A DNA stretch of 64,000 nucleotides, taken from assembly GCF_022045235.1 (NCBI RefSeq), contig NW_027266275.1, forward strand, positions 58,094,001 to 58,158,000, read 5' to 3'. The first letter of the stretch is position 1. Each line of letters begins with the position of its first letter. The DNA comes from Haliotis cracherodii (Eukaryota). This document shows positions 36,609 to 51,650 of this stretch, one piece after another. The translations under genes were made by a program, and so were the position numbers. Under the pieces are notes generated by a model, which saw nothing but the letters and a program-made list of their open reading frames with translations, was not told the origin of the DNA and did no database searches.

Positions 36609-36837
36609 GTATGTTGCTTTCTGTGATTAGTGGATAGACAAGTGGAATTCATAAGATCATGTGTTCTATCGCCCTGTAAGACTTTTTACATACCTCTGTC
36701 AAGTAGATTTTTTAAAGAGTAAAAGCAAAATACTTACTAATTAATTTAAAGAAATAAACAATTTAATATGGAGCCTGTTTTGTTTTTTTAATCTGGGTTG
36801 GTACAATCTACAATAGTTGAATTTTCTGTGAGTAAAA

Positions 36838-36962
36838 GGGGGCGGTTGGGTAGCCTAGTGGTTAAAGCGTCCGCTCGTCACACTGAAGACCCGGGTTCGA
36901 TTCCTGACATGGGTACAATGTGTGAAGCCCATTTCTGGTGTCCCTCGCCGTGATATTGCTGG
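36838..36962 (+). mobile_element. tRNA-derived SINE family A, 3'-truncated
   Basis: Near-consensus head and body. Confidence 0.85.
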
Positions 36963-37129
36963 ATCTGGGTCATGTGACTTGCAAGCCAAGCACTCACAGG
37001 ATTTGTTTGTTTGGGTTTGCTAAGCCTTGACTTCATTAATGTTGTCCCTCGCCATGGTTGTTGTTGTTTACATATTCCTGTCTTCACATTTCACACAGTA
37101 TCTTCACACTCATCATCTGTTCCTTTCAG

Positions 37130-37381
37130 CTTAAAAGATACAAAACTTACGTGTATCTCCTTCAAGCCAAAATGACAAGCTTTCCCGAGCTTGAACCTTC
37201 TCTTGTCGAGACTGCCATTGGGGAAGATGAGGAAGTAGGCGTGGCAAGTGATGTCCCCCGGGCACCAACTGTCCCTATCTTCTCCACCCCAGCCAAGCCA
37301 GTGCAGCGTAGTCTTTCTGATAGGTACAGTTATCGTGCAGCCATTTATCAGACTGAGCGGGTAGAATATGACATAATCTGA
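37130..37381 (+). CDS. PSD: PSD/EFA6 final coding exon
   Basis: LKRYKTYVYLLQ...SLSDRYSYRAAIYQTERVEYDII*; acceptor TTTCAG; the 10 exons sum to 2772 nt (923 aa + stop). Confidence 0.9.
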   Translation, partial: LKRYKTYVYLLQAKMTSFPELEPSLVETAIGEDEEVGVASDVPRAPTVPIFSTPAKPVQRSLSDRYSYRAAIYQTERVEYDII

Positions 37382-37573
37382 TTCATTGATAATCTTCATT
37401 ATTGCCATTATTTGATCAGTTCAGTAAACCAAGAAATTAGCAGAGGGTGAAAGTTTCTGTGAGTCAGGCTGTGCTTCAAGTGATAGCACCTGTCTTGAGC
37501 TCCTCCAATTGATGAATGTGGAGAAAGGTTTGAAACCAATGTGCATGTACATACCGGCTATGTAAAGATTGAG

Positions 37574-37579
37574 AATAAA
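37574..37579 (+). terminator. Candidate proximal polyadenylation signal
   Basis: First AATAAA noticed after the PSD stop codon, with GT-rich sequence downstream. Confidence 0.3.
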
Positions 37580-39859
37580 TGTATGGGTTTAGAAGTTGAT
37601 TTTACATCACATTTAATCAGAGGGGTCAACTTCTCTTAAAAGCATCTGTGATGTAACTGAGAATTGTTACTTGAAACAATTCAAATTGACTTGTCGATTT
37701 CTATCAAAGGATTTACTTGACTATTTTTTGCAATCTATGTATGTAATGTAACAAGGCGTAGTTTCTTGGTTTACTTTCAATTAATTACATGATTATAGCT
37801 GAGTGGTAGCTAGATATTCCTAAAGAATGTGAATTGCTTCAACATTTTAACAGATATATTTGACTTGAGAGTGATGCTACCAATGCTGTGACCTGTAGTC
37901 TGTTGAATAAGTATTGTAGCTGTTTTCACATGAATGATCGCACTACATAATTAATGCTTTTGATTTTACTTTAATCACTCTTTATAAGATTTATGCTGAT
38001 TATTATTATGATTTACAAATTTCAGAACATGTGGATGTATGTCTGTGTGTGTTTTATCAGTAAGGCATCTTTTGGACAGTTTTGAAATATGGAAGTATAG
38101 ATCTAAATGAGGGCTCGGTCCCATTGAACTCTGTTGTCTTGAAGGTAGCACTGCCTTTAAAATGACTCACAAGTATTTTATTGATACCAATTTTGTCGCA
38201 ATTTGGCCTGTTTTTACTTTCATATTTTGACTTACTTGTCTGTTTATCCCTGACTGTTTTATTGGGACCTCATCCACTAATTACCATGGTTCATTGGTTA
38301 AAGACATGTATTGTTGCTTCAACCCACATTGCACTAATCTCAAACGTTGCCATGTGCTTTCCACGGGAGATGTCTAACATATGTTTGGTACATTACCTTT
38401 GTCCTAGCTATTAACTGATTAAAACAAAATCTTTGCTACATTTTTAAGTTGTTTTTTTTACCTATACATTCTTTGCTACATCGATCTTTGTCAGAATGTG
38501 TTATGAAAATATTGACCTAGAACTCTCAAAGCAGTTCCATAGTGAAAAAAAACAATTTCAGTCTCATGTTATAGTGCTATCAAACAAAACCAACATTTCA
38601 TGTAATGTGTTTGTCAATCTTAATCAATGTTGTGATATGGAGAAATCCCACTATTCATGAAACTTGTTTTTAAAGGGACACCTCATGACTTACTCTGAAA
38701 TCCTTATTCTCATCACAAAGGACATAATTTGCTGTCATCATCCTCCTTTCCTGTAAGACAATGTTGTGTTTTGCATGGTATACAGTAACTGGTATTGTAT
38801 GTGTTGTTGTCTATGCTCATCACAAGATTTGCTTCACACCAGTCTAGTCATTTGTAGCATACTTGGAAACATCCAGGAACATCCTTGATAGCACACTGCC
38901 TCCTTCCTTTTGTTTAGCATGGTAACGTCATGCCGTTTCGCAAACTTACAGTTTTAGCCTGGATGTTTACATTTAGATTTTACTTAAGCAGTATTTCTGT
39001 GTTTGTGTTGTAATTGGTCAAATAGTGGTCCACATTGATTTCAGAAGAAAGACTATTTTTGTACCTATTTATTTTCTGTCATTTAATTCCTTGTTTTGTT
39101 TAATGTCACATCATTGGAAACCATCTCCTTCACACTGGGACCTTGTGGCTTCATCTTCATCCAGTACTTATCTAGGTTATCTTTGTACTGGGGTTTCATG
39201 AGCTGTGGTTTCAACCTATGGACTTCACAGTAACGTAGATGAATGTTTGCAGTATAAACTTGCATTATGTAATTTCCAGCCTACTTTCACTATGGTTTGA
39301 CTTTTGTTTTGACAGAGGATGTAATCGTCAGAGTTGAGAATATTTTCATGGGTGATCCCCTTGACTTTGTTTCTAGTGTGTTTGAATGTAAGTCATTGAT
39401 CGAATGTGTACAGGTTTATGTGTATTCTTCAACAAGCTAGTGACAACTAGTATCACCACCATTTGGAGTCACAAGCCAGGATCCGCAACATTACATGTAT
39501 CTGGGGATAGGTGTTCCGTTTTGCCAAAATGTTCATTAACATTGAGCTGTTGGATTGTTGTCAATCAGGAGCAGGTGTTGCCCTTGATCAAGGTGGCATC
39601 AAGAGATAACAGTCACAAACTTGTATTTCTTCTGCTTATTGCCACTGCCTTTCTGGAATAAGGTTTTCGGCTAGGTTTATCATGTAATGAATCATCGCTG
39701 GTTACTGTTGAGACAAATGTTTGTTACAGATGACATCCTTTTCTTGCACAAACTGTTTGTTTTCTGATTCCTATAAGACAAGATATTGTTTGTTCCAAGT
39801 TCTGTGTTCACTGTCATATCTTCAACTTAACGATGTTTCTTCCTAGGACAGTGTCACAA

Positions 39860-40080
39860 TATGTTTTTGCAGACTTGTTTTCTTAGGCATGCCAGAATCT
39901 GATGATCATGGGTTCAAATTCAAGATTCACCCTTTTTTATGATCCTTGAATTGTCAGAACCATACCCATGCTCGTGGGAAAACATGTAAGGTATGCATGG
40001 CTTTGGTCTTTCCTGCCACATGCCAGGATATAACCGAAATACTGTTCTAAGCGGCATTAGATCCAACTCACTCACTCACT
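39860..40080 (+). mobile_element. SINE family C, 5'-degraded
   Basis: GGGTTCAAATTC, CCATACCCATGCTCGTGG, GCGGCATTAG + (ACTC)n. Confidence 0.65.
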
Positions 40081-40444
40081 GTTCCAGGACAATCTGTTGA
40101 CTATTGTGCCTTTCTGCTTTATTGGAAATACATGTATGTCCAACATGATGATATTCACAACATTTGCCAAAACCTTGCAATGAACAATCACAAAGGGAAG
40201 ACAGTTGCTTTCTGATAAAACAAACTTCACGTTTGTATCCTGACTTTTGGGAAGACACAGTATGTTACATGTGAACACCTAACCTTAGTAGGCTGATAAT
40301 TCTGTAACCAGTTTGCTTCTCTAGCCCTTTGTCTGTAGCACTAGTCTGAAAATGGATTCAGTTGAATGAACTCACCGGATACGTCGCAGGCCCTTGGCAC
40401 AGACTGTGTTAAAGACGTATCAGGGTTTAACTATAGTTACAATA

Positions 40445-40446
<2 letters not shown>

Positions 40447-40508
<62 letters not shown>
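40447..40508. repeat. (AT)n microsatellite
   Basis: About 30 units. Confidence 0.97.
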
Positions 40509-40510
<2 letters not shown>

Positions 40511-41647
40511 TGATCATGCGAGATTACAGTGTGTGAATTACCTCAGTAATACATTATTTTGAATACAGTTGCTGTGTAAGGGATAGGAAGGCAGAAGGAT
40601 TTATGTTGTTTCCTAGTCACGCCAATCTCATAAAAATCAGCATCATTTTGTGCTCCCTACTGCTACACAAAGATCTGAGGACATCCCATTACAGGGCGCA
40701 CCGATCTGACCAGTCAGAATGCCACTTACATGGTCGCAAAAGTGAATGGCTGATTGTGTTTTCTAATCATGCAACCTTTGAAAGGTCAACACGAGGCATA
40801 CCCAACCACAGTAAAATAAACATTTGAAATGGATCAGACTTTCCATAGCCCTTGGGTAGTACTGCCATACAATCTCAGTATTTTCTTTGTTCAGTTTTCA
40901 AATTTTGAATCAATAAGTTTGTCAAAGAAATTTCAAAATGTAGTCGTGAATGGAAGTTACTATTTTTAAACTAGTGCCATAAAGCCTCAGAAAGCTGTTT
41001 TCTGATTGGCAAATGTCAACTTCCTGTTGGTCATTTCACTGGTCGGTCAAAGTTCTGAAAAATGTTGTCCTGTCGTGACCTACAATCTGATGTCCTCCGA
41101 TCTTTGTGTACCCACAGCGAGCACTAACACCTGATTTTAATGAGATTGTAGTGACACAGGTTCTCAGGCGTCTCTCTAGGACCTCCCAGAATGACACTGT
41201 TTTATTGCTACAGCACGTAAGAACTGAGGGGCACATTTTGTCACACCCAAAGACAGGTGTATCACTTGTCCTCGCCAAAGAACCCATTACTTGTCACTTT
41301 CAGCCTCACCAAGTTTATAGTGAAAGTTGGAGAATCAATTTGAGATGGCAATACATGTACATATGTATTTAATGCAAATCAGATTATTTTGCAAAGGCCA
41401 CTCATTCTTTAAGTTACACAGCCATATTAAAATATGTTATACCACAAAAAGTAAATATGTTCTTTCTTTTATCTCAAATAGCCTCTGAAATTGAAACTCT
41501 GCAAGGGTTCACTTCAGTGCTATTCAATTCACAATCCTTGTTATTATGAGACCTTTTACTCCCATATGATTCCTCTATGCTTGGAAGATCGGAGAACACC
41601 TCCAGAGAAGGTCATGTCTGCTGAATCCTGAGCTATGTTTGACAGCC

Positions 41648-41693
41648 TGCTTGTCGTAAGAGGCGACTAACCGGATCGGGTGGTCAGGCTCAC
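41648..41693 (+). mobile_element. Retroposon family D fragment (best-preserved last hairpin)
   Basis: TGCTTGTCGTAAGAGGCGACTAACCGGATCGGGTGGTCAGGCTC. Confidence 0.7.
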
Positions 41694-43917
41694 TTCCTGC
41701 CTGCCTGCACTATGTTTTCAGAGCCCATTGCCTGAGGACCAATTCTTCTAAAAAAAATTAAAGCCTGGCTTGACTAGAATTTGTCTGAATGCTTTGCTCA
41801 CTTATATTGAGAATTTAGAAGCCCAAGTGATTATATGCTGATGAAAGTGTTCACCTGACGAGATCTTTATGCAGAGAGGCATCATACTGGAGTAAATGAT
41901 CTGATTTTGATGAGATTGTTCAGTTCAGTGTGTTAATGGAAAAGGGAACACTGTCCACAAATCCCTAAAGTTTATTTGTCCCAAATTTTCTTTTGAAATT
42001 TCTTTTAATAGATTCTGTTGTTGATATATAGACACGAACAAGGCATATAGTTCTATGGATATATAACTTCTTTATTACGATGACTGTGGCGTTTAATATT
42101 TTCATTTGTTTTTTCTGCTGCTCTTGCCAGTTTGTGCTTTGATTTGGTTTTGAAATTCTTGTCTCATTTTCTTCAGTATTGAGATAGGATTGGGTACAAT
42201 GCTCAAACACAATTCCTGTGTCTATCTCACAATTCCTGTATATTTCTCATGGAATGCCGTACCATTCTTCTCAGTTTTGTTTGGAATTATGTTCTCCTTA
42301 TATTGTGCAGCAAGGGGGAACACATGGAAGAAGCATGCTGTATTCATATCCCTTCTGTGTTTTCTTATCAAACATATCTAAGAACAGTATTGATACATAG
42401 GTATATGTACACAGTTATATTATTGGATATTGGCTATATTTTAACTTAATCACCTGTAATTTGAGAGCAAACATGTGTACAGCTGATTGCTATTTCCAGT
42501 TTAGTTTAGAAGACAAATAGTTTAAATACACATGTAATTGTATCCCTGCATATGAAACATTGCCTAGCCTAACAAGAAATAAAATGGAAATGGTATGTCA
42601 TTGTGTTTAGTGATGTTCAATAGCACATTTCACATTTTCATTGACAAAGTTTATCTCTTGTTTGTTCACCTGGAGTGACACAATGTTATTTTTTAATTAT
42701 AGAAAAATAGTTTCATGAAAGTCTAACCTTTATATAGGCCAACCCCCTTCAATGGAATCTTTTTCTGGTCCTCAAAATCCAGGTCATCTACTGTCATATA
42801 CAGTAGTAAGGATGTGTTTTGTTGTCAGAACAAGGGGCATTGGTTATAGTAGGGGGTGTCAAGAATCAGCCGGATCCTTATCCCGCATAGGAAGAAAATG
42901 TTCAAGGATTAATCTAGACCTGCTCAGAGGCCGATAATTGGCCCAAAGTTAGCACAAATTTTCATTAAATATTCCCAAATGCGAATACAACGTTTTCCTG
43001 TTTCATGTAAATATAGTTATAACTTGTGGCTTGGCCGAGGTGAATTCCACTGATTGCAAGCCCAGGAAAAAGGAAGTGGGTTGGTTAGTTTTACATTATT
43101 ATATTGAATGCAATGTTAAAATATCTCTGAAAATAATTTAAAATAGTAATATTTATTCCCAGTATGTCTGCCAAAGGCACTTAGTCCCTGATGTTTGTCT
43201 AAATTCTGAAATTCCATGGCGCCTCATTCAGATTGTACTGTGGTATACATTTTGCTGTGGACGTTTCTTTAAAATAGTAGACATAAAAAATTATTTAATC
43301 ACTGTATTTTATTGTGTATACTCCACATGATATTGAGAATATGATATTGCTCCAGGTGAGAGCAGGTGATTACAGAAGTGGTCAAAGCGTAATTTATAAC
43401 TTACACTTTGTAATAAAAGTGCTAGACACTGTTGTTGAAAACATAAATTGTGTTTAACCTCACATATTTTTCTATGATCAATATCATCAAGTTTGATTTT
43501 CTCCTGAACTAACCTAGGAGGTAGCAGTCAACTTGAAGTGTGATTTTGTCTTGCGATCCAGTGATTCAGTTTGATGTTATACCCACAATCATAACATCAG
43601 TGCTATCATAGCAAGAAAGTTAGTCTGAAATTATTATTGTACCAATAATAAAATAGCCATCAATAAAATAGTGAAATATAAATACATTTTTAATGTAGTC
43701 CTTATGTTTGCCACTGGTAGTTTTTGTGTGTGAAAATATTTTATGAGTCCTAGTTTGAGATTGTGATCAATGAAAACAAAAAGTTAACAGCCTTAATCCA
43801 TAGAAAGCAAATTAATGACTGTCAATAGTCAAATAGCAACAACTATGACCTGTTGAAAATCAAATCATGACATGCAGATATATTTTTAATTCTCTGAAAA
43901 CTCAGATCTGTAACTCG

Positions 43918-44080
43918 ATGACTTGGTTGATGCATGTCATCGTATCCCAATTGCGTGGATCAATGCTCATGATGTCGATCACAGTATTGTCTGGTCCAGA
44001 CTCGATTATTTACAGACCACAGTCTTATAGCTGGAATATTGCTGAGTGCGGCGTTAAACAACAAACAAACAAACAAACAA
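43918..44080 (+). mobile_element. Retroposon family D, 5'-truncated copy with intact tail
   Basis: Body matches 25997-26095; ends GCTGAGTGCGGCGTTAAACAAC(AAAC)n. Confidence 0.8.
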
Positions 44081-47045
44081 AGTCAGATCTGGAATAGGAC
44101 CATGCTTGTTGTATGTAACAGTGAGTTGCTGCAATCTGTTGATTAGGCCGCGTACGATTAGCCAAAATTGATGTACTAAAATTGAATGAAATTTTGAATG
44201 AAATTATATCCAAAACTTAAAGCCAGAAATACCCTAAATAGTGCAATAAGAATGATGACTGGCCTAATTCATTACATATTTGTTAACATGGTTATTCTGG
44301 TGTTAACATGCTCACTTGGGATTGGGGGGTGGAGGGGCATTGTCTCAGTTTGCATGTATGATATGCACACTCCTCCATACAGGTAAATGTTCTGGGAAAG
44401 TGTGGGTATTAAACACAAGAACTTTAGTACAGCTATTGTTTCACTGTCAGACCAACAAACTTTCATACTGGCGCATTCTTACATTTGTTGCATTGATAAC
44501 AGAGGAGCCCATCCCTCTCCTAGTACACATTATCCCACCAAGAGAGGTGACTATGTAGCTTCAGGATATCAGATAGGATCATATTGCAGAAAGTGTGGCC
44601 TCTCCCGAGGCTTTCTTCCATATGAGTTTTTACCCTATTTTCTAGCTGAAACATATTTGAAGCTTGCTGTTCATCTTTACAAGTTAGGTTATTAAAGTAG
44701 ATAGAAAATCTGGGATCTGTTCTACACTGTGTGTAAAATAAACTGCAGAGATAATTTTTATCAGTGTACTGTATTGCAACCCAAAATATGGAAATATAGT
44801 TTATCATGAATAGGGAAATAGGCGAATATGTTACCTTTTGTGTGAATGTACTTGATACATTGAAACGAGACTTCAATATACAACTTGCTGGAAGCACATT
44901 GTTTCCTGTTACTCAATGGCATTTCTCGATGTTCTGGTTCTGTTGTAGACGTCATGTCAGTGTCATGTCCATTGCTCTGTCATCGATGGTTGCTGTACAG
45001 TGGTGCACTGGATATATTTGCATGCAGTTTATATATTATTTTGTATATTTCGTTGCATTCAGTCTCAACTTTAAACATTTGAATTCATATGTTGTGTCAA
45101 AAAGCATTTTATCAAATGATCCAAGTTGAAATAGCCAGCAAAAATGCTTGCTTCTTTGAAAGAAGTATGCACCGGCAATTGTTTTTGACAAACGTTCTTT
45201 TTGTACTGAAGCTTAAATGATAGTAATAATAAGAGTATATTCATATTATTCTAAATTTCATGTAGTTTATTAATTTTTAAAACTTGTCTTGTTTCAACTT
45301 TCTTAAGATGTACGGTAGAATAGGCCAATATTGTTGTGGTTGTCATCAAAGTTGATTTGCAAACACCTATCATTGAAATCCATGTATAAATATTTGATGG
45401 AGGCATAGATCACTTATGCAGACTGTAATAGCACAAACCCACAGCCTTACTGGAACAAGTTCATCTGGTGATAGAGTTTTCATCCAAACTTTACTTTGTG
45501 TTTCTAAATGATGTCCATATATTGAATATTGTATTATATTGCTTCAAATGATCATCTTTAGGTTAGGGTATGTTTTATCCAAAGCTGGCTAGGTTGTTGA
45601 TATGGAAGGGAAATTTGTGAATGTATGATATCCTATAGGTGTGTGTGATTTTCCTAACAGTTAATGCTTTGTTTAGCCTTTGTTGTCATTGCAAAGGGAA
45701 AGTGGAATCGTCTGCAAACCAATCCTGTAGGGTTAGATTAGATTAGCTTCATAATACTACCACCCAAATAATGCTAGGATCAGGTGTCATAGGTGCCATC
45801 TGTTCAAGGATGTCGTGCCTATTGCAGTCCATGCTTGTTTGACTCAAGTAATTCACTTCCACTTTGTTTGTCCCCTATCTATACTCGGCAGCATTATTGA
45901 GGGGGCACAACAGAGATATAAATCTGAAAAAGACGTCACATTTTCAATTTGCCAGACTGCACTTCAGTTGCATCGTAAATGAAACACTGTCACTTGTCAT
46001 GTATGCCGCATGCATGGGCTATAGCACTGGTGTGAATTTTGGGTAGCTTTTTCCATCACCCTCAATATCACACATTTCAATGTTTTTAATCGTCGGCGTC
46101 CATTTTTCCAGTTTCATAAAAGTATCCAATCAGTGTGACAGGCATAAACACGTTTTTCACTTGTTAATGACATTGTTAACATACTCCGATCTGTTGATGC
46201 TTGTCTTCATATTGTCATCCTACATACCTAGGTGACCCTTCAATAATGCTGTTGAGTACATTATATTTTATGTGTATCATTCTAGAAGATAATGATTGCC
46301 CTAATTTACCCAGAGGCAGTGTCTCAGTTTCACAGTTTCACTGATTACAACATCTGGACCGAGGATTGAAATGACACACTAGATTGTGGAGCATTAGCCC
46401 CTTCAAAGGGTTGGCTTAGTACAGTATACATAGGTGATGCTGAAAGAGCGACAGGACACGTCATTCATGACATGCAATCTTGGTCGTGAAGAATCACAAT
46501 TTGAATACAGTTGGAATAAGTTTTGAGGTATGATGCTTTACCACGTAGCTGCACCAGGATATGATGGCTGTGGTTTCTGCAGAGGCTAGTTAGTAGCCTT
46601 TCTCAAGACGGTGCAATATAGTAACATGTTATAGAGATCTCATCAGACGTCTTGTACAGCTTTTGTTGATAAAGTTAATCTCCGGGAATTCTGTTGGTTG
46701 TGTTTCCACTTGTTTTTCACTATTTTAAGATGTAGAAAATGTACAGTCACTGTGTAGATTAGCTTTTACTTATCACCATTGTACATATTGCATCGCCATC
46801 ACAAGTCATGTGTATAGGAATTGTTTGTATAAGAGTTGTCTCCATTGATATGAATGAATTATCACCTGTTTTGGGTATTGTTAAGCATAACTGTTCCCAT
46901 CTTGGCCACCAGAAATAAGTACCAACTTTTAGTCTTCTTGCTTTTAAAAACAACATTGATTAGGAGGGACATTATTTCCATAAGAAAATGAATAATTCAT
47001 GTGATTTTAATTTTGGTGCACCAATATTCAAAGTTGTATCACATA

Positions 47046-47465
47046 CCGTATTCGACGTAATAAGCGCCCCGCTCTAATAAGCGCCCACGGAGACATTTGC
47101 TAATATATTGCCTAGTGAACAATCCCAATTAGCACCCCTCCGATTGATCAATGTACAGCGCCCACGGAGACATTTGCTAATATATTGGCTAGTGAACAAT
47201 CCCAATTGGCACCCCTTCCGATTGATCAATGTACACAAGACTTATTTATTCGCGTATAATACGCACTCGTGTGTTATATGCACCCTTAATTATGGGCAAT
47301 CAAATTCTTGAAAAATATATCTGTCGTACATAAACACTTCAGGCTGTCAGCATAAACAACGAAATTTATCTTTCAACTCTGTTTTTTCACCGAAATAATA
47401 TTCTAATAAGAGCCCCCTACTTCTAATTTTGAGAGCGCCCTGGGCGCTTATTACGTCGAAAACGG
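47046..47465. mobile_element. MITE (CCGTATT family), opposite orientation, with an internal 77-bp tandem duplication
   Basis: TIRs and TA TSD; 47081-47157 repeated at 47158-47235. Confidence 0.9.
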
Positions 47466-50201
47466 TATATGGAATTTTTGATGTACCATCACTCCCTAGT
47501 TTCATTTTTTAGGTTTGTCATATTTTACTTTTCATTCTCCACACTATGGTGGCCAGAAAGGACATTTATGTAATGCACAGTCATATGCTTCATCATGCTT
47601 CGTCAGATGTTTGTGAATGATCACTGCTTTCAGTCTCTCTTGACGATGTGGTATTTTTTTGTTACAGTGATGGTGATTGTTTTTCATCCTTATCTTGCTT
47701 CTTTTATTAAAACCATGAAAAATTAATTATATAAGTAAAGTATTGAATCACAGGCTTAGTGTAGGAAGTTACCTGACAGCAACAATCACGTCTTGGTTAT
47801 TTTGGGATGTATTGCAATACACGATTTCCAGTGATATATGTTGACTTGTAAATGTCTAGAAAGTGGTAAAATATATTTTTTCTTTATTATACTGGTATAT
47901 GAAAATATCTCCATCTGTCAACACTTACATAATTATCTCTTTTTTTTTATGATCTGTCTATTGCATACTACTTAGCTTGTGTAGGGACCATTTCAGTATT
48001 TTAAATTTTGCATAATATCCATATTTACATAAGCTCCTTTTCTATCCTAAGATGTCTTCCATGTGGCTTTCGTTATGCACAGTTTAGTTACTTTCTCACA
48101 CATCCCTGTATAAGGGTAAAAATGAATGTTGTTAGTATTGACAGTTCATGAATGTTGGAGTGTTAATGTATTGTAACTATGGTAACAGGCCTGTGTAGAT
48201 TTCAGACATGTAAATTTAGAATGATAAATCTCTAATTTCCAGTAAAATATTCTTTTTCTCTTTGCTGCTTATACGAGATTTCTAGGGACATATTGAAAGT
48301 TTATATTTTGATAGTTTCTTGATTTGTACATAACTAAAATGAATATGTATTTGTATCTTTTCAAATTTGTACCTGGAGTTTGCAGATCTGACTGATGCTA
48401 CGATGAAGTTTTGATTGGAATTAATACATCATGCATGGAGATTGTTTTAGGTCGTAATGATAATGGCTGATAATGGTTAATGTGTTTGATGGAGTTCAGT
48501 ATAAACTATTGGATAATATCAGAGTGTCATATTGTATCATGAGCAGTTGTTAACATGCCAGCCTCGTCATTCTATCAGTGATCCAAGTAGGTCAAACATC
48601 AGTATTCTGTAAGAACTGTTAGCTACTGAATTTTCCGAGGAATTAATTAAATAATATGCAGAATACACCAGCTTGACATAACCAATGTAAATAGAGAGTT
48701 GGTTAGAGCTTGAAGATTGTCCTTTACCAGTGGCACTGATAAATAGATGTGCACCTGAAATAGGACTTGACCCTTAATTAGAACTACTGTTATGTTGTAA
48801 TTTCTTCTGGTACAATCTTGAAAATGACATTGCCATTCTCATTATATATGGGAGATTAAGTATAACAACTAAACTATCTTTATTTGAAACCCTCATAACA
48901 AACAACAAATGCTAACTTATAACTATGGGTCTTGTTTTGTCCAAGTATGAAAATGTGACCGCTTAATGAGTAAATATATTGTTATTTGGCTTGCAAAGTA
49001 AATTAATGATTCACAACAGTGTTTTTGTTAATTCAAATTATTGATAACATGAAACAGTCAAGTACTTCATGTATGTGTTGGTTACTTATGAAATACGTAC
49101 ATTAGCCATTGATTATGCCTAATTTGCAAGTAACAATCAGATACTTGCTAACTTGTTTTCCAAGGAAGTAATTGTGGTGTAACCTTTCCTGCTTTTCCAT
49201 GATCACTGGTAGAAGGTCCTGGCAGTATGTATTGTCCTGTAGGGAAGCATCAGATGGCCCCTGGTGTGTGGGCGGTGTCCATTTCACCTGCCTGCCTGGC
49301 CTGTTGTACATAGCCCTCTTCGTCTGTACCTAGAGGCACTGGTGCTACCGTTCTAATGTGTCATCATCTGTCAACTGCAGTCGTCATCTGGAGACAGGTG
49401 CCAATCATTCTTAATGTATGTGTAATTTTACTTAGTCCAGACATAAAAATGTTACAACAGTATCAGAAGTTTTGTTATCATTTCCCATAAAGGATTTTGT
49501 TGTTTGAGAAGGCATGCTATTCTGCTTTACAGTGTTAAGTTCGGTTAGTATTGATGACATCTGGACCTTTGGGGTTCTCATAGTTCTATGGTTAAGTTGA
49601 TTTGGGGTGTTTTGGATGTGGATTTGAAGCACGACAAAATGATCATTTCTGTGTTCACATTGGAGAATGTCGACTATCATACTGCATTTCTGATGTATGT
49701 ATAAAGTATGTTGGGTGTTTCTGAGACACAAAGGAGCTCAGTTAGTACACTGGTCCTAATTTCAAGCATGATAACCTCGAAAATTGTAATCCCTTCACCG
49801 AGACACCCCAAAAGCTGTCTTCCTCGGGCTATCAGTGCTCCAACTGCCACAGAATAGGCCGACAGGCTGGTCTGTCATGGGGCCATCTTACCATCTGTAC
49901 TCCATATAAACCTATAACATGCAGCAAAGAACGACAGGACTGGAGAAATGTTTGTGTTCTTGCTTCACATAGATGAAACAGGAAGCTGTTTGCAAAGGGG
50001 TTTGGATTGATTTTATGATATATCTGTGCAACACAACTCTAATTTTCTCTGTTTAAAGACTGGAACCAATGGACCTTTACCAGAGCAAAATTACTGTCAG
50101 GGAGTTAACTCCTGTTCTCAGTTGAATTTATCACTAACTTCATAAAATCCATGCCATCACAACACCATCCTGTGCAGCAGTAAAGTAGGTGTCAACAGTT
50201 A

Positions 50202-50453
50202 CCATATTTCCACTGTTTAAGGCTCGCTCAATATCTAATAGGCGCCAGCCTCCAAAAGTTGAGGGGTCCAAAGTAGTATGCAAGAAAAGTGGTGGGTTGT
50301 TGGATTGTATGTAATGAAATGTATGTAACTATTGCAACACTGTAGTTAAAATATTAAGCGCAAGATCTCTACTGCTGGGCATATTTATTAACACCTGGGC
50401 ATGGAAGCTCATTTAAGGAATCAGTGCCAGGGCGCTTATTAGAGGAAATAAGG
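50202..50453. mobile_element. Degenerate TA-flanked MITE, related family
   Basis: TA-CCATATTTCC ... GGGCGCTTATTAGAGGAAATAAGG-TA. Confidence 0.5.
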
Positions 50454-51377
50454 TACTTTTAATCACAAGCCATGGAGAGTTCAACACCTCAGAGTGACAC
50501 TCTTCTTAATTACAGATGTACCTTTTGAAGGGCTGGGTTAAAAGAAAAGTATAACAAGGTTTTCCACACAATGAAATATTAGACATCAACCTGGTTTCAT
50601 TTTTTTTAAAGTATTTTACAAGAACTAATTACAAAATTGTTTTACCCTAATTATCCAAGATTCAGATTTTACGAAACATTTCAGTCAACATTTCTGTGAA
50701 TTTGTGTGACGGTTTCTAGTCGCTCTGTAGAGAGGCTAGTTCATCTGACCTTACTGCCTGATGTAATACATATTAATACAGTCATGATTAGATGTTCTTT
50801 AATCTAATCAATCTAACCAGGTTCTGTAATCTGGGTTGAACTTCACCCTTTCACCTCTCCATCCTGCACCTCTCCATCCTGCACCAAGTTGTGACAGTGT
50901 CTGAACATATGACTTGATAACCTACAATGTGATGGTCAAAGTCAGCCACACTACAATACTATAGCCTACAATTAACAAGCATTTGTTTTCAAAGGTAAAT
51001 TATGTTCTTTCGTCAGAAAACTTGATTTGTGAGCAGTTTATTTCCTGCAAATTGTATTCTAAGCAATTAAGAAAGAAAGACAAATGTTTTTTATACATAT
51101 ATACTTTTATAACAAAGGTTCATCGGTTTTAGATTTAAAAGAAACATCTGAAAATCTGCATGCACCTGATCACCAAGGTGCCTCATACACTAACTTTCTG
51201 CATATTCTTCCGTCTCTGAAGACTTCAAAAGAATGTACTGTCTCTCAGTGCTATACAGTGAAACTTGGATATTCTGGAAACCTGTCTTCCAGACATTTCT
51301 CTTTGGAAGTTGACACACAAAGGGACATTACTCCATACTCGTGTTTGGATAATCAGCAAATGTGGGCAGTTTTACCA

Positions 51378-51650
51378 GGACAGGCTTTACTGTATACCGT
51401 ACAGTCTGAATAAACAGTGTTTCTCTGTATGCAGTACTATCATGATTAACATGGTTTAACAGGGTTTAACTACATGCAGAACAGTCTTGATTAACAGGAT
51501 TTCACTGTATACAGCATTGGCTGGATTAACAGGGTTGTAATATATAAAGTACTGTCTGGTTCAACAGGGTTTCAGTGTATACAGTTCTGTCTGGATTAAC
51601 GAGGCTTTACTGTATACAGTACTGTCAGGATAAAAGGGGTTTCGCTGTTT
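51378..51650. repeat. Degenerate tandem repeat, unit about 38 bp
   Basis: Recurring GGATTAACAGGGTTT..CTGTATACAGTACTGT. Confidence 0.6.
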